NCBI GenBank assembly: GCA_964016885.1
Contig: OZ024743.1
Coordinates: 344,348,001 to 344,412,000, forward strand
Direction: 5' to 3'
DNA: 64,000 nucleotides
Origin: Eledone cirrhosa
Lineage: Eukaryota
The number at the start of each line of letters is the position of its first letter. The stretch's first letter is position 1. Shown piece by piece: positions 1-14,379 of this stretch. Made by a program: the position numbers and the translations under genes. A model generated the notes under the pieces. It was not told the DNA's origin, ran no database searches, and saw only the letters and a program-made list of their open reading frames with translations.

Positions 1-571
1 CCCTTGACCACTATCTCTCCATTGTCATAACATTCACCATAGACTACATAATAGTTTTCCAAATAAGGGCGCAAAAATGTAATGAAAACTTGTTCACGTG
101 ACAGCCAAATTTCATTTATAACCAACCAAAAAAAAGCCTTCGTGAGCCTCATTTTTTCAAGTAAAAAGAAATTCAAACACTCATATATGAAAAAACAACC
201 TGTGACACCCCCCCCCCCCCACCTCTCTTATTTGAAGAACTATTGTAACGCGAACTGGCGCGAAATTTATTATAATTATTGACAAACCAATCAAATTACT
301 TCTCGAAAAACCTGGTTTTCGAGCCAGTTTTTCCATATAAAACAAGTAACATTTAGAGACCAACCAGATGTGAGAAAAACCACAGACCCTCCATCTCAAC
401 TCACCTTTTGAAAAGCAGAAGAACTGCGAAACCGGTAAAGGAACCAAATAAATATATATATTTAAAAAAAAATAAGACTTCAGTTGCATTTTCGATTTCA
501 TCCTTTTTTCTTTATACTTCCACTCGTGTAGGACACCTCGGTTATTTTTCATTTTGTAAAAAAAACCTCAC

Positions 572-683
<112 letters not shown>

Positions 684-691
684 CACGTATA

Positions 692-758
<67 letters not shown>

Positions 759-2045
759 ATATATATATATATATATATGTATAATTATATATATATTTAT
801 ATATATGTATATATATATATGTATAAGAGTTTGTATATGTATATATATATTAATGTATGCATGAATGTATGTGCGCATGTCTATGCATGTGTGTGCAAAT
901 ATGTATGTATGTATGTATGATCGTATGTATGTATGCATGCATGTTTGTCTGAATGCATGTATGTATGTATGTATTTACGTATTTATGTATGCATGTATAT
1001 GTGTAGGTATGTATGTATATATATGCGTAGAACATTTATAAACGCGTCTCTTGCATTCGTCGGTCTGATATACGAAGAAGAATTTCTGTGGAGAGTCAGA
1101 AATAGAATCTGCAAGGAAAAAAGAAATAAAATATATAAAAACTATATTTTGATATATGCAAAAATTTCAGCTCGTTAAGCTCGCCGAACCATTCTCTATA
1201 AGTGTCTTTTATTAGCGAAAAGCATCGCATTATAGTGAAAGTTGCATACATACAGATTGCCCAATAGATTTCAAATTAACTTCATCCACTTTTCCGATAG
1301 ACAATTGGACAGCTATGGAAAATTTATGCACTTCCAAGTAACTCAATTAATTTTCAGAACAATGAAAATGTAACTTTTGCATTGGAGAATAATTTTTGTT
1401 TCTTTCGCAGCGTTACTATCTAAATATGAAGATGGTGTAAGTAAGGTAAAGAACTTTTGACGAAAATTCAATGCTAAAAGTGAAGAATTTATACCAAAAG
1501 ACAATAAACAAAGTATTGAAAACGGTGAATTCAAATGTAATTTATGCTTGAAATTGTGTCAATTATATCTATGTACAGCTATACTGAAGCGATAATTATA
1601 TGAAGACCGTTGTCGATGCTAATACAGCTTCCACTCATTTACAGATTAATGAATAACGGCGAGGAAAAGGAAGAGGGTATGATATGTGGTGGTAATGGTG
1701 GTGATAGTAATAGAGGGGGAACATTGTGAAAGATAGAGAGAGAGGAGGGAAAAACGGAGTGAGAGAAAGAGAGGGAGTGAGGGAGAGAGAGTAAAAGAGA
1801 GTGGGAAAAGGAGGGAAAGAGGGAAAAAGGAGAGAGATAGAGATAGAGATAGAGATAGAACAGGTTTGGGTAAGATGCTGAGTGTGTAATGGTTAGGTCC
1901 ATTCTCTGCCGTCTGTTAATGTACCAGTGAAATAAAAGCGAAAAACGACCGTGATTTCAAGTCAATGTTTAAATACGGAAAATAGAATATGTTTGAAGCA
2001 TTCCACCATTAAACTATCTCCAATGCCTATTTTAAACATTCACAT

Positions 2046-2124
<79 letters not shown>

Positions 2125-2291
2125 GTATATATATGTATGTATATGTATAAATGTGTAGATATATTACGTGTGCATATATATCTCCAAGCACACACACATA
2201 CACGCATTTATACATATATATACATACACATATATACATACATAAATTAATATACACATATGTATCTATACCTGTACATATATATATATGT

Positions 2292-2323
<32 letters not shown>

Positions 2324-3433
2324 GTATATATAAACACATAAATACCTATATACATACATTCATACATACATAAATAACTCATGCATACATACCTTAGACG
2401 CGTGCAGTCGCACATATGGCTTGGGAAACTATTCATTGAATTTAAGATGAATGCTATCTCCGACAGTAATGCCACAACTACCAACCTTGTTAAATAACTG
2501 GATATTTTTCTGATAAAATTCATTGAAGGTAGCTTTTATTTGAAATCGTAGAGATATCCGTCTAAATATTGAATTCACCGTACAAAGATTTGTTACAAAC
2601 TACATGGTTGGACACGACAACATCAACATCATCAACACTAGAGAAGAATCGAAGAAAAATAACAACTAGAAAGATAAACAGAGATTTTTTAGTTGTCGTT
2701 ATAGAAGGAACCGAAGCTATAAATCGCTCTTTTCTTGAAGTTACGAACTAAAAAACGATCTATTTAATGGCAAAAAATCCCTCTGTTGGCTTTATGAACG
2801 AAATGAAGCTACATTTGCACGAACTTGACCCAGAGTTAAGCATTTACGCCAACAAGCGATGTTTACTGAACGTAAAAATAACAAACATTTTTCAAAAAAA
2901 TAATGAAAATGTGTGTAACCTCGACAAATAACAACATTAATTGAGTAATCAACACGTATTACAACAGGCCGCCATGTTACTAGGCTTTCTCTTAGCCAGT
3001 CCAACCATAAACAGCAATACACAAATAGTCTATTGAAATAGCTATACTGGTGACAAATTTGACACCATGTGTCAAAACAGAGTTTACCTCAACTACTATA
3101 TCTCGCAGCCACAATAACAATCAACATCAAAATACCGTCAATGATAATAAGTTTACAATTAGCTGGGAAAATGAAGAGTACAAACACATAAAATATGTCT
3201 TTAGTGAAACTTTCCAAAAGAGATTAATTTATGTATACAACTTTCTTTCGGAAAAAGACATTAAACGACAATATTAAACAAAAAACCAAATAATGAAATT
3301 TTGTGGGCTATCGACGAAATTGGCTCTAGATATTTACGACAAATTAAAGCATCTATATTTTGACAAATTAACACCTGTCTATATTACCTAGCAAGGACAA
3401 TAAAGCATTATCTTTGTGCTAATAGAGATGAAA

Positions 3434-3557
<124 letters not shown>

Positions 3558-3567
3558 CGAATATCCT

Positions 3568-3770
3568 AGTGTGGTAAGGAACCAGGTGGAGCATAACACA
3601 CTAGGGTATGCGATACTTAGGGTAGTAGAGTGGGTGATAGGAAAAGAGTCAGGACCCCGACGGCTGAGCTCCGGCCTTTTCGACAGCTATATCCGAACTA
3701 AACCCAGGTCTAGTTGGGATCTAGCTGTCGAAACGGCCGGAGCTCAGTCGTCGGTGTCCTGACTCTTTTC

Positions 3771-3775
<5 letters not shown>
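3568..3775. repeat. Dispersed repeat: about 70-bp head plus GC-rich 65-bp-arm hairpin (copies near 6770, 11325-11490, 39920 and 41918-42077)
   Basis: Arms 3636-3700 and 3711-3775 are near-perfect reverse complements; head GTGGTAAGG.ACCAGGTGGA.CATAAC...TACTTAGGGTAGTAGAGTG. Confidence 0.85.
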
Positions 3776-3804
<29 letters not shown>

Positions 3805-3869
3805 CTCTCTCTCTCTCTATATATATATATACAGAGATAGATAGAGAGAGAGAGAGGGGGGAAGGAAGA

Positions 3870-3912
<43 letters not shown>

Positions 3913-4299
3913 TGAGAGAGACAGACAGAGAGAGAAATGTCATCGTATATTTAAAAAGTAGAAAATAAAGATCGCTGTCCTGCGAAAAACTATCGGCATA
4001 TGACATTACTTATCATATAAACAAATAACTAAAAAAGAAAAACTGCACTCTTCTTGTTCTTCTTCTTGTTGTTGTTGTTCTTCTTCTTGGTAGGAGGGTA
4101 GTGGCAAAGTCCTCAAGCACGCCCCAGCAGGTCCTGTCTCTAAATGACCTGCTGGATCCCAAAGCGAGATCAACTGAGCTCATGGATGTTATCCAACCAT
4201 CTTGCCCTGTGTCTACTCCTGGATCTCTTGCCAGGTTCTGCCTGTAAAATTTGTCCGGCAGAACAATACAAGTTGATCACCGGCAAAGAAGAATTGAGG

Positions 4300-5420
4300 G
4301 CTGTCAGTGAGAATCTCGGATATCAGAAGAATAACTAATAAGAGATTCAGCTCTCTAAAGAAATAGGAGGGGCGAATCAATAAATATCACTGTGGTCCCA
4401 TCTCAGAAAGACATACATTCCTTCGGGAAAAAAATATGGGGTGAGGAAAAGAAATTCAACTAAGCTGCAAAGTGGCTCAAAGTGATCTGAACGAATTATT
4501 AGAGAAAGGTAAGAAAGCACCAAGAAGAGACTTGACTGTCGGCTACTGATACAAAATATCTGACTTTATATCAGATGTATCTTATCAACTTCTACTTGCA
4601 AGCTCTCAATGGAGATGTACATATACCAAGCTGCTGACATTCGGAGAAACAAGATTGGTCCCCGAAAATATAGAAACCCACTTTTCAAAAATACTATCAA
4701 CCTATTGCATGCTGGAACATAATGTATAAAATGTATACAGTCGGTCTGAACCTATTCCTGTGACATTAACAATACCACCCCAGACGAGCAAGCAGCTTCG
4801 AAGAAAAAGGAGTTAAGCTGCTCCTAATTAACAAATCCACGATGTCAGAGGTGCAGCAACAAAAGAGGAATTGGTTATAGACTGGCTGGATTACAGGAAC
4901 GCATTCGATTCTGTTTCCCCCTTTTGGATACTAGAAGTCCTTCGACTTTCTGAAGTCCTAGATACACTTATCAGAGTTATGGAGAACCTATTTTATTAAA
5001 TACAGAAAAAAGAGGACTCTATTTTCATTGGTAAAAAAGAATATCGCGGGGATATATTTCAAGGAAATGGTTTCTCTGTGATACTATTTATATTGTCTGT
5101 AAACACCTTGTCCTTTATGTTGATGAATTATGAAGGATACGTAATTGGTTCACAGGAAGCCAGAAACACACACCTAACACAGCTTCTTTGGACGTTCTCG
5201 AAAGAAATAGGAATGGAGTTTGACCCGGATAAATGTTCCTATATGATTGTAAAGCGAAGAAAAACTGCAAGTCAATCCTAGCAACATCTCTATCAATGAC
5301 CTGACAGATCCATCGGTATCTGACAAGGACTGCTACAGGTACTTAAGGGTAGGTGAACATATACCGTATATATAGAATATATAAGAACGAATGAGTAACC
5401 AGTGTATATAATACCCAAAT
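4300..5420 (+). pseudogene. Old, heavily decayed RLE-type (R4-like) LINE RT fragment
   Basis: Residual motifs WLDYRNAFDSV (about 4884), IFQGNGFSVILFILSVNTLS (about 5055), IGMEFDPDKCS (about 5206), YRYLRV; many stops and frameshifts. Confidence 0.7.
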
Positions 5421-6225
5421 AAGAAAACTATCATCTTTGGAACTTTCTTAAAACAATAAATCAGTGGCATCGGTGACACAGAATGTGTTTGCTTTTGGGC
5501 TATTTGACAGGACACCTTAGTAGTTATTTCATCGAGACTGAAGGGTTGAGGGTTAAAGTCGGCTTCTGAGTGCAGGGAGCCAAAAGAAATACCGTACGGC
5601 ATTTTGAATTGCCCTCCAACGTTTCAGCCAATTCGACACTAATCGTTATATACACTAATCGTTTTATATATTAATTTAACATACAGGCAGTTCTGTTGAT
5701 TGAGAAACTAAATGTTGAATTTCGAAATCGACGGAGAATGCATCATCATTTTTCAAAATTTGAATTTGTTTTCTTTTTCTTTTCTTTTCAGAGCTTGAGA
5801 GTACGTTTGCACTTGACAGGGCAAACCTGACATGTAGGGGAGTGTTCTTTACACCTAAAAGCTGCTAACGTATAGACACATCCACATATATGTCAATTTA
5901 ATGAGTTGACGGTTCTGGTGATCAAACAAGTAAATTTCATCGTCGAAACTGACGAAGGAGCCACCATCAGTTATATAAATATCTTCGTTAGAAATGTATA
6001 TACAAATAAAAATTTAGAATTGATATTTTATTTTTATTTCTTCCAGAGCTGTTTTGCATTTGACCGGGCAAACTTGACAAGTGGGGGTGTGTTCTTCACA
6101 CCTAAAAATTGTTAACACATATAATGATCTCATTTGATGTGCTTTTGTCCATCAAGTTTCACACTTATCTTTATTAGAACGTGATCAATTTACAGGTGTG
6201 AACTTATGCAATTGCAATAGGGACA

Positions 6226-6256
<31 letters not shown>

Positions 6257-6714
6257 TAGCCACACATTGCACTGAAAATGAAATACCGAATGAAAAATCA
6301 AACCACGTCTTATTCTCTTTCTTTCTCTATCAATTTCTCTTTCTCTTTCTCTCTCTCTCAATTTCTCTTTCTCTTTCTCTATCTCTCTTATTCATGCATA
6401 TACAAACACTCGTGTGCATTCTCTATAAACAGGCATTCTCACATACACATCTACATACATTTATATATGTATGTATTTGAAGTATATTCTACTTTGATAT
6501 TAAAATGAAACGAATTAAGAGGTATCTAAACGAATCACACATATACACGCATCTTTCTCTCTCTCACCCTCTCTCTGTATATATATATATATATATATAT
6601 ATAAATGTAAAAAATGAAATTTCATTTCTCACTCTTATAATAAATGTGTGCATGTATGTATGTATATACATACTACTGTACGTCTGTATGCATATATGTA
6701 TGTACGTATACATA

Positions 6715-6749
<35 letters not shown>

Positions 6750-6847
6750 GAACAAGTATACTTGTTCCTATTACCCACTCTACTACCCTAAGTATTAAGT
6801 ACTTTGGTGCGTTATGGTTCATCTGGTTCCTTACCACATTTCCTTCG

Positions 6848-6897
<50 letters not shown>

Positions 6898-7138
6898 GTA
6901 TGTATACGTATACGTACGTATGCATATATGTGTGTGTGTATTAATTACTGGAGGTGAACAAAGAAATATACAGTTACACAAACCTATTCATATATACATA
7001 TATACTACATGTATATATGCATGTATGTATATATGTAAATATATTTTTATGCACTCATACATACATACACACACACATATATATATACTAAGATACATAC
7101 ATATGTATGTATATACATGAATATATATATATACATAT

Positions 7139-7188
<50 letters not shown>

Positions 7189-7306
7189 GGTCTCCCCCCC
7201 CCAAAAAAAAAGGTATATTTTGATTACCTGTACAGGCAATATTTATTACAATGGTGTATACAGTTTTGGGGAAAATCCTGTATATATATATATGTATATA
7301 TGTCTA

Positions 7307-7403
<97 letters not shown>

Positions 7404-7842
7404 TTTTTTAATCTTGTTTTATTTTTCATTTAATATTGTTATATTCTGTGAAACAGTATGTTTTTGTTTAATATAAACATAAATATTATTATGATCTTAG
7501 GTCAACTTTCCCTTTCATCCTTACGGGGTCGATAAAATAAAGTACCAGTAATACACTGTCATAATTGCTGACCTTGTGCCAAAAGTAGAAACAATTATTA
7601 TAAACTGTATAAGGGCGGTGGATTGGCAGCATCGGTAGAGGTCCGGACGCCATGCTTTCCAGCATAGTTATGTCCCTTTACGGTCTTAGTTAAATCCCAT
7701 CGAGGTTAACTTTGCCTTTCATCCTTACGGGGTCGATAAAATAAAGTACCAGTAATGCGCTGGATTATTGCTGGCCTTGTGCCAAACGCAGAAACAATTA
7801 TTATAAACTGTATAATATCATATACTGGTTGTGTTCTGTCTT

Positions 7843-7873
<31 letters not shown>

Positions 7874-7875
7874 CA

Positions 7876-7946
<71 letters not shown>

Positions 7947-8320
7947 TTATATACATATAAACTATGTTGGTGTGTGTGTTTGTATATGTATATCTCCCTC
8001 TTCCCCACCCTCGCTCTGTCGTGGTAAATTTTCCTTCGGCCGTTTTCCAGAAGTTTCTTATAGAGAAATAATGTTTGATTCAACCAATTGCAGAGTAAAA
8101 TGTGATCATAGACACCTTCTGACACATTCCACACTAAAGTTGTCGCTTTTGGATAGTGAGAAAAGTGAGAGTGAGAGAGAGAGCGAGAGAGAGAGAGGGG
8201 TGGGGGGTGGGGGTGAGATAGAAGTGTATGAGTGTGAGAAAAAGAGTGTGAGACAGGAGTTCGATGTTATTTGAGAGAAAGTTTTAGCGAGTGAGAGTGT
8301 GAAAGGGAGAGAGAGAGAGT

Positions 8321-8380
<60 letters not shown>

Positions 8381-8490
8381 TATTAGTTATACGATAAAAG
8401 AGAGAATGTGAGAGTGCGTTTTGGTGTGAGATTATGATACTTGTTTAAAACAGAGAGGGGTGGAGTGAGAAAGAGATTGATGAGAAAGAA

Positions 8491-8572
<82 letters not shown>

Positions 8573-8600
8573 ATGAGAAAGAAAGAGAGAGAGGGAGAGA

Positions 8601-8685
<85 letters not shown>

Positions 8686-9221
8686 GTCAAGGAGATAGAG
8701 ATAGAGATATGGTTGGTAAAGAACAAACGATAAATAGAAAGACTGAACGAAGGAAATGAGAATAGGAAGAGTTGAAGATGATGATGATGATGATGATGAT
8801 GAGGACGGAAATGAACACATTTCAATAATTAAGCACCAAAGTGGTTGTAAATACAACTACAATAACAATAACTGTAACAACAACAACATCAACACCATTT
8901 TGTAAAGGAGAAAATTGATTAAAAAATTTGCTTGCTTTAATTTGTAACATAATTTTTCGAATTATGTTTTGATTCTTTTATTTTATAATTCCATTTGTGT
9001 ATATATTTTTAAATACTTGTGTCTGTTAGTTTCATAGTAGTTGTTGCCTTTATTTACCACTGCTACTACTATTACTACTTTTGATATAGTTGTTATGGCA
9101 GAATTGTTACAGTGTCTGACAAAATGCTTTGTGACATGTAGTTACGTCCCTTTACGTTCTCAGTTCGAATCCCACCCTGGTTAACTTTAGCTTTTCTCCT
9201 TCTGGTGTCGGTAAAATAATG

Positions 9222-9439
9222 ATCTCTAGTATAGGCACAAGGCCAGTAATTTGGGGGGAAGGGAAAGACGATTAAACCGACCCCAGTGCGTGACTGGTAC
9301 TTTATTTTATCGACCCCATGAGGATGAAAGGTAAAGTTAACCTCGGCGGGATTTAAAACTCAGATCATAAAGGGCCGTAACTCTATACTGCAAAGATTGG
9401 CGTCCGACTCTCTACCGATACTGCCAATCAACCGCCCTA
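9222..9439 (-). mobile_element. SINE nested in an older, oppositely oriented SINE, with 19-bp TSD
   Basis: TGGTGTCGGTAAAATAATG at 9203-9221 and 9440-9458. Confidence 0.85.
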
Positions 9440-9656
9440 TGGTGTCGGTAAAATAATGTACCATTTCATTATTACATTTATTCTAATCGACTTTCTCCTT
9501 TCCCAAATTGCTGGTCTTGCGCTAATGTTAGAAATAATTATTATAGCTTTGTTTTTTTTAACAATATGTAAAGGTTTATTTTCTAACTTTTATGTATGAT
9601 AAGAACATATGCAAAGTGAAATTTCCACTGCAATATAATCAATGTGGATTGGTAGA

Positions 9657-9848
9657 GGGGCGGTGGATTGGCAGTATCGGTAGAGAGTCAGACACCATGC
9701 TTTGACGCAGAGAGTTACGGCCCTTGCCATTTTGAGTTCAAATCACGCCGAGGTTAACTTTGCCTTTCATCCTTACGGGGTCGATAAAATAAAGTACCAG
9801 TAATGTACTGGTTAATTGCTGGCCTTGTGCCTAAAGTAGAAACAATAT
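9657..9848 (+). mobile_element. tRNA-derived SINE, representative of the dominant family (MetaSINE-like central domain)
   Basis: A-box-like TGGCAGTATCGGTAGA, B-box GAGTTCAAATC, core GCCTTTCATCCTTACGGGGTCGATAAAATAAAGTACCAG, tail CTGGCCTTGTGCC..AGAAACAAT. Other + copies near 7495, 7612, 11595, 13180, 15738, 23743, 24686, 31645, 33597, 33823 and 34021. Confidence 0.85.
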
Positions 9849-11929
9849 TTATCACATTGGCCATATTTAGAATGGAAGGCAAAAATTTGGATTATGTAAT
9901 ATTTAACAGAAGAGAAAAATTGATATTGTGTTTGAAAATGTTGAGTCTAGTGATAATTAAAATTATTTTTATTTATGGAATATATCTTGAGAATACAGTT
10001 TAATAGAAAAGGGAACAAAAGAAAAAAAAACAAGGAAAATATAGAGAAAAAGAGAAAAAGAAATAAAAAAACGGGAAGGGGGAGGGGTGGAAAGAACTTT
10101 AGTGTCACAGAAGAGAGGGGAGGGGCAAAGGATGATTGGGCTTTGGGCCCAGGGCACGGAGGCAAAAGGGCTGTTCCCCACGGACAAAGCGTCAAAAGGA
10201 TTCCCGCGGACAATGGCCAGCGACACCCGCTGCAACAGCCATCAAACCTCGCGGGGCTCCTACCTCAGACGGGCCGCCGACGATCCGATTTTGTGGAGGA
10301 GCTCGGCTGTACGGGGTCCAAGTATGCCTGAGGTCTCGACGGCGACCTGTGCGAAGAGTGATAATTTGCAGAAGGAAAGACTCATTCTCTCATATACACC
10401 AGGTCCGAACACAAAAGAACCAAACTCCCACTGTCACTGCCTCAGTTTCTCTTTCGATCTTCCCATCTCTCACTATTCTATTGTGAGCAAATGGAAGGTG
10501 GGGGGAGAGCACGCACTGGCCGCCCGGGAGAGAGGGCGGAGAAATGGCAGACGTTTTAGAGCGTCGAACAAAATGCTTTGTTGGATTTCGATACGGTTCT
10601 TTACGTCCTAAATTCAAATTCCGTCGTGGTCAATTTTACCTTGATTGCTTCTAAGGCCGTTAAAATAAGTATCAGTCAAGTCCTGCGGTCGATTTAATTG
10701 ACTCCATCCTCCAAATTGCCGAGTGCAGTAAATTGGCAAAATCGTTAGAGCATCTGATAACCTGCTTTTCGTCATGTTACGACGCTTAACATTTCGAGTT
10801 CAAGTCCCGTTCAGTTCACCTTTACCTTTCACCCTTCAACTTGGGCCTAAAACAGAAACAATTAAAGAAACGCTAAAGCCTCAGTCAAAATTGTTTTGCG
10901 CTATTTGTTTCAAGCGATTAAATTTCATTTTAAACCGCGCCCCTGTTGTAATAAATTAAAGTAGCATTCAAGAAATTATTAGTCTTTTTTTTTCGATTCT
11001 GCAAAATGCCCCTACGGTTTTGTCCCCTTCACCTATCATCTTTGAGGCCAATCATTATTGTAAGGATCCTAATATAATTATACTATTGAAACCAAATATT
11101 GAGGATGATAGCCGCTGTCATCGTTAATCCCCTCTGTATCAGAATTGTGAGTTGGTTTAAATTAAGATTTTACATTAATTAATTTCTCTTAATTTGAAGT
11201 GTTGTTGTTTTAATTCATGTGTATGTGTGTGTGTGTGTGTGCGCGTAGGATAGGTGGAATTTGTTGTATTCGTTTACTTACATTTTTTGGGGTATGGTTG
11301 TATACGATATATATATATATATAAAGAGTCAGATCTAGCTGTATATATATGAAATGAGTCGGATCTAGCTGTTGAAACGGCTGGAACTCAGCCGTCGGGG
11401 TCCTGACATTTTTCATATTATTCACACTACTACTCTAAGTATTGAGTACTCTGGTGTGTTATGATCCACCTGGTATCTTACCACACCCTCTTTGTTTTTC
11501 ATCTTTTCGATTTCGAATCCTGTCTTGGTGTAGATTCTTCCTCTATAGAAAGAAATTGGCTGTGTTCAGACCTGGAGAGGGTTGGGCTGCACCAGGTCGA
11601 TTGGCAATATCGATAGAGGGTCTGACGCCATGCTTTGGAGCAAGGAGTTACGGCCCTTTATAGTTTGAGTTCAAATCCCGCTGAGGTTAACTTTACCTTT
11701 CATCCTTACGGGGTCGATAAAATAAAGTACTATTAATACACTGGCATAATATTGGCCTTGTGCCAAAAGTAGAAAGAATTATTAGGTCAAATATTATTAT
11801 ATTTTCGTAATATTCGTTTCTCTTTGTTTTGTTGTTTGGTTATACATTTCATTAAGGATTGCGAGTTATTTTCTCACATTTTCTATATTTTCAGTATATT
11901 TGGGATCAAGTAACAAGCAGTGAGCCATT

Positions 11930-13180
11930 CTCACTCAGAAATGGGCTGAAAGGAAACCATCTCTGAAAGTTTGGGCGGATATATCTTGCTCCATTCCCAC
12001 CTCACCAAATTAGAACACCTGTTCTTCAACTTGTTATGAAAGGGACAGGCTCCATTGGTGAGGCGCTCCATCCTCTGCAAGCACACCCTGCACAGAGGGC
12101 TGGGCATGCCGTGGTTGATGATGCGTAAACATGCTCTGAGGCCAGATATTCCTAAACGGTGAACAGGTGTGGTCGCCGTTTGTCAGACAGGTCTTTTTGC
12201 AGCTCTTTTATTTGGCTGAGATGCAGTCATGTGTCAAGCAAAGACAGTGACTGGGTGGTTGGCATCTGGAACGTTGTTAGGCTTCACTGCCTTTTACCAG
12301 TCGGGCAGGGAAAATTCCACTTGGAGGACTAATGGCGGGTATGGGCGACAACCTTCTCGGAGAAGTGCTGGCCGTCAACGAAATCGAATTAACCAGTCTG
12401 TTCCGGTGAACTTGTGAGTCGAAGAATATGGATAACTTCCAGAAATCCCTGGCTTGGCAGTGCTAACAGGGAGCACTGACGCTTCCAGACAAACTCTACA
12501 GACACCAGAATGCAGTTAGACGGACCTGTTCGCGATGTACAGAAACCATTTTGAACGCACTCACCCGGTGTCCGTGTATTACTAGCTTGTGGAGTTTTGT
12601 CGAACAGCTATTATCGCATAAAGGACAGATCCGACTATCGTCCACGTCAATCCTAAGATCGCCTCGACACTTTCTTTTGGCCATGAAGGACAGGCAGTTT
12701 TTCTCTGCCCGGTGGCTGTAGTGAAAGAGGTTTTAGCTGAAAGGATTGAAGGAAGATACTTTCCTCTTCGGCCAATCCCTCATCAACTTTTTCATTTCAA
12801 GTACCACATGGAAAGGAGGGTGAGTGTGGAGAGAAATGTTCTCCCTCCCCCCGTACAATTGTTAGAAAAAAGGTGAATGTAGTAATGATGGCCTGGATGA
12901 ATGGGCCTATTCTGGCCATGCACCTGTAGGCCAAATAGTTTGGAGAGGAAAGAAGCGCCCTCTTAGGCTGTTCTTGGTGTATAGGTTGGTTAGGATTAAT
13001 GGGGTCCTTACGTTCCCTCAGAAGGTGGGGGGTCACATCCTCCTATTGGGGAATTTTTATTATTATGTATTTTGTTGTTTATTGTTATCTGTTATCTTTT
13101 TTTACTCGATTTTCTTTTACAACTTCCCATTGTCCCTGTCTTTTGTATTGTCCTACATGTTTTGGCTCTTGTGGCCAATG
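11930..13180 (+). pseudogene. Decayed 3' part of a Tx1-like ORF2 and 3' UTR, related to the element at 43-48.8 kb
   Basis: QKWAERKPSLK, GLGMPWLMMRKHALR and MDNFQKSLAWQC match ORF2 segments QKWAKCKLSLK, GLGMPWLMMRRHALR and MDNFQKSLAWQC. Confidence 0.85.
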
Positions 13181-14284
13181 GCCCTTTACGTTCTGAGTTC
13201 AAATCCCACCGAGGTTAACTTTGCCTTTCATTCTTACAGGGTTGATAAAATAAAGTACCAGTAATGCACTGGGATAATTGCTGGCCTTGGGCCAAAAGTA
13301 GAAACAGTTATTATTATTGTTGTTATTATTAATATTGTTACAAACGTAAGAACATTGGGCAAATTGCCTTATAGTATTTTAGTTGCATTACTTTCATTTT
13401 TGGATTTAAATTGCTGTGACGAAAACTTTGTCCTCCATCTTTTCGGGGTCGACAAAATAAAGTACCAGTAATGTAGTGAGGTCAATATAATCAAATAAAC
13501 TCTGTCTCTCCCAGATTTCTGGCCTTGTGCCTACGTTAGAAATAATTATTCTTATATTTATATAATGGTGTATGTATATACATTTTTTCGTTGCTACTTT
13601 GTTGAATCTATTTATTCTTCCGCGCTTCGTTCACGTCCCAAGTTCTCTACACTCCCCACTCTCATGTCACGTTCTTTGACCCATTCAAGTGTTTATTATC
13701 ACGTTGTTCACGAGATTTCAAATTATGTTATCAATTAACATTTAACGGCAATGTGTCAAAGATATAAAAATAACAATAGAGAGAAAGAGATGAGAAAGAA
13801 ATGAGTGAGAAAAAGAGACTGAAGAGAGAAAATAAGAGTGAATGAATGGAGGAAAGAGGAAAGAAAGAAAAAAAATCAAATGAATTAAAATAATAATAGG
13901 AAACGAAATGAATTATGATAAAATTTAAAATAGAAATTCATGTCAACGGAAATGTAGAGCCAGGAAAAAACAAATATGGCGGGTGTAAAGGGGAAGAACA
14001 AGTTTGCTGTAGGGAAAGGAAGCATCGATGTCATTATTATCACACCAACCACAATTATTAAACGCTATTGTTGTCGTTATTAATGTTATCATCATGCTAA
14101 TCATCTTAATAATACACGCTACATTATTGTTATTGATGTTGTTGTTATTGCTGTTATTTCGTTTCTATATTTGGTTTCTCCTTAATTTTTCTATCACATT
14201 TATCATCATATTTAATAACAATACTAACAAACAACAACAATAATGACACTACTACTACTACTACTACTACTACTGCTGCTGCTG

Positions 14285-14317
<33 letters not shown>

Positions 14318-14379
14318 CTACTGCTACTGCTGCTGCTGCTGCTGCTGCTGATACTACTACTACTACTACTACCACCGAT

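Noticed and set aside
2400-3400. Non-repetitive stretch with short ORFs, possibly a decayed TE coding region
   Set aside because: No recognisable motif; cannot be classified from sequence alone.
5945-5975. CTGACGA hammerhead core (also near 36751)
   Set aside because: No properly placed GAAA, helix III or NUH could be found.
7612-7802. tRNA gene suggested by A and B boxes
   Set aside because: No complete cloverleaf; it continues into SINE core and tail and occurs in many diverged copies.
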